DNA of 64,000 nt, from positions 162,254,001-162,318,000 of the forward strand of contig NC_042998.1 in assembly GCF_006345805.1 (NCBI RefSeq), in the 5' to 3' direction. Both the position numbers and the translations under genes were made by a program. The notes under the pieces are model-generated. The model had not been told where the DNA came from. It saw only the letters and a list, made by a program, of their open reading frames with translations, and ran no database searches. Below, piece after piece: positions 63,998 through 64,000 of the stretch; within the stretch, counting starts at the first letter, position 1; each line of letters opens with the position of its first letter. This DNA is from Octopus sinensis (Eukaryota).

Positions 63998-64000
63998 GGT

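Overview
This is eukaryotic, AT-rich, repeat-dominated non-coding DNA (intron or intergenic). The repeat types suggest an octopus (coleoid cephalopod) genome, but that is an inference. I see no rRNA, genuine tRNA gene, CRISPR array or complete protein-coding gene; nearly all ORFs in the supplied track are microsatellite or SINE artefacts. The window holds dozens of tRNA-headed SINE copies (working names A, B, D) and an older interspersed repeat (E). It also holds decayed non-LTR retrotransposon fragments (three R4/Dong-like, several RTE-like, one Tx1/L1-like), two mariner remnants, piggyBac/hAT-type MITEs, a Helentron-associated element and very many microsatellites. One plausible two-exon fragment of an unidentified gene lies at about 16.9-17.1 kb (+). 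The most interesting signals are: (i) a SINE-B tail that matches the 3' end of the Tx1-like LINE, with both sitting in (ATT)n, suggesting a microsatellite-targeting Tx1/SINE partnership that builds head-to-tail SINE arrays; (ii) minimal hammerhead-ribozyme motifs in Penelope-like repeats; (iii) head/body/tail module swapping among SINEs, with a co-varying 3' stem-loop. Family names A-E are my labels. Repeat boundaries are read by eye and are approximate (about +/-10-20 nt unless TSDs or TIRs are quoted).
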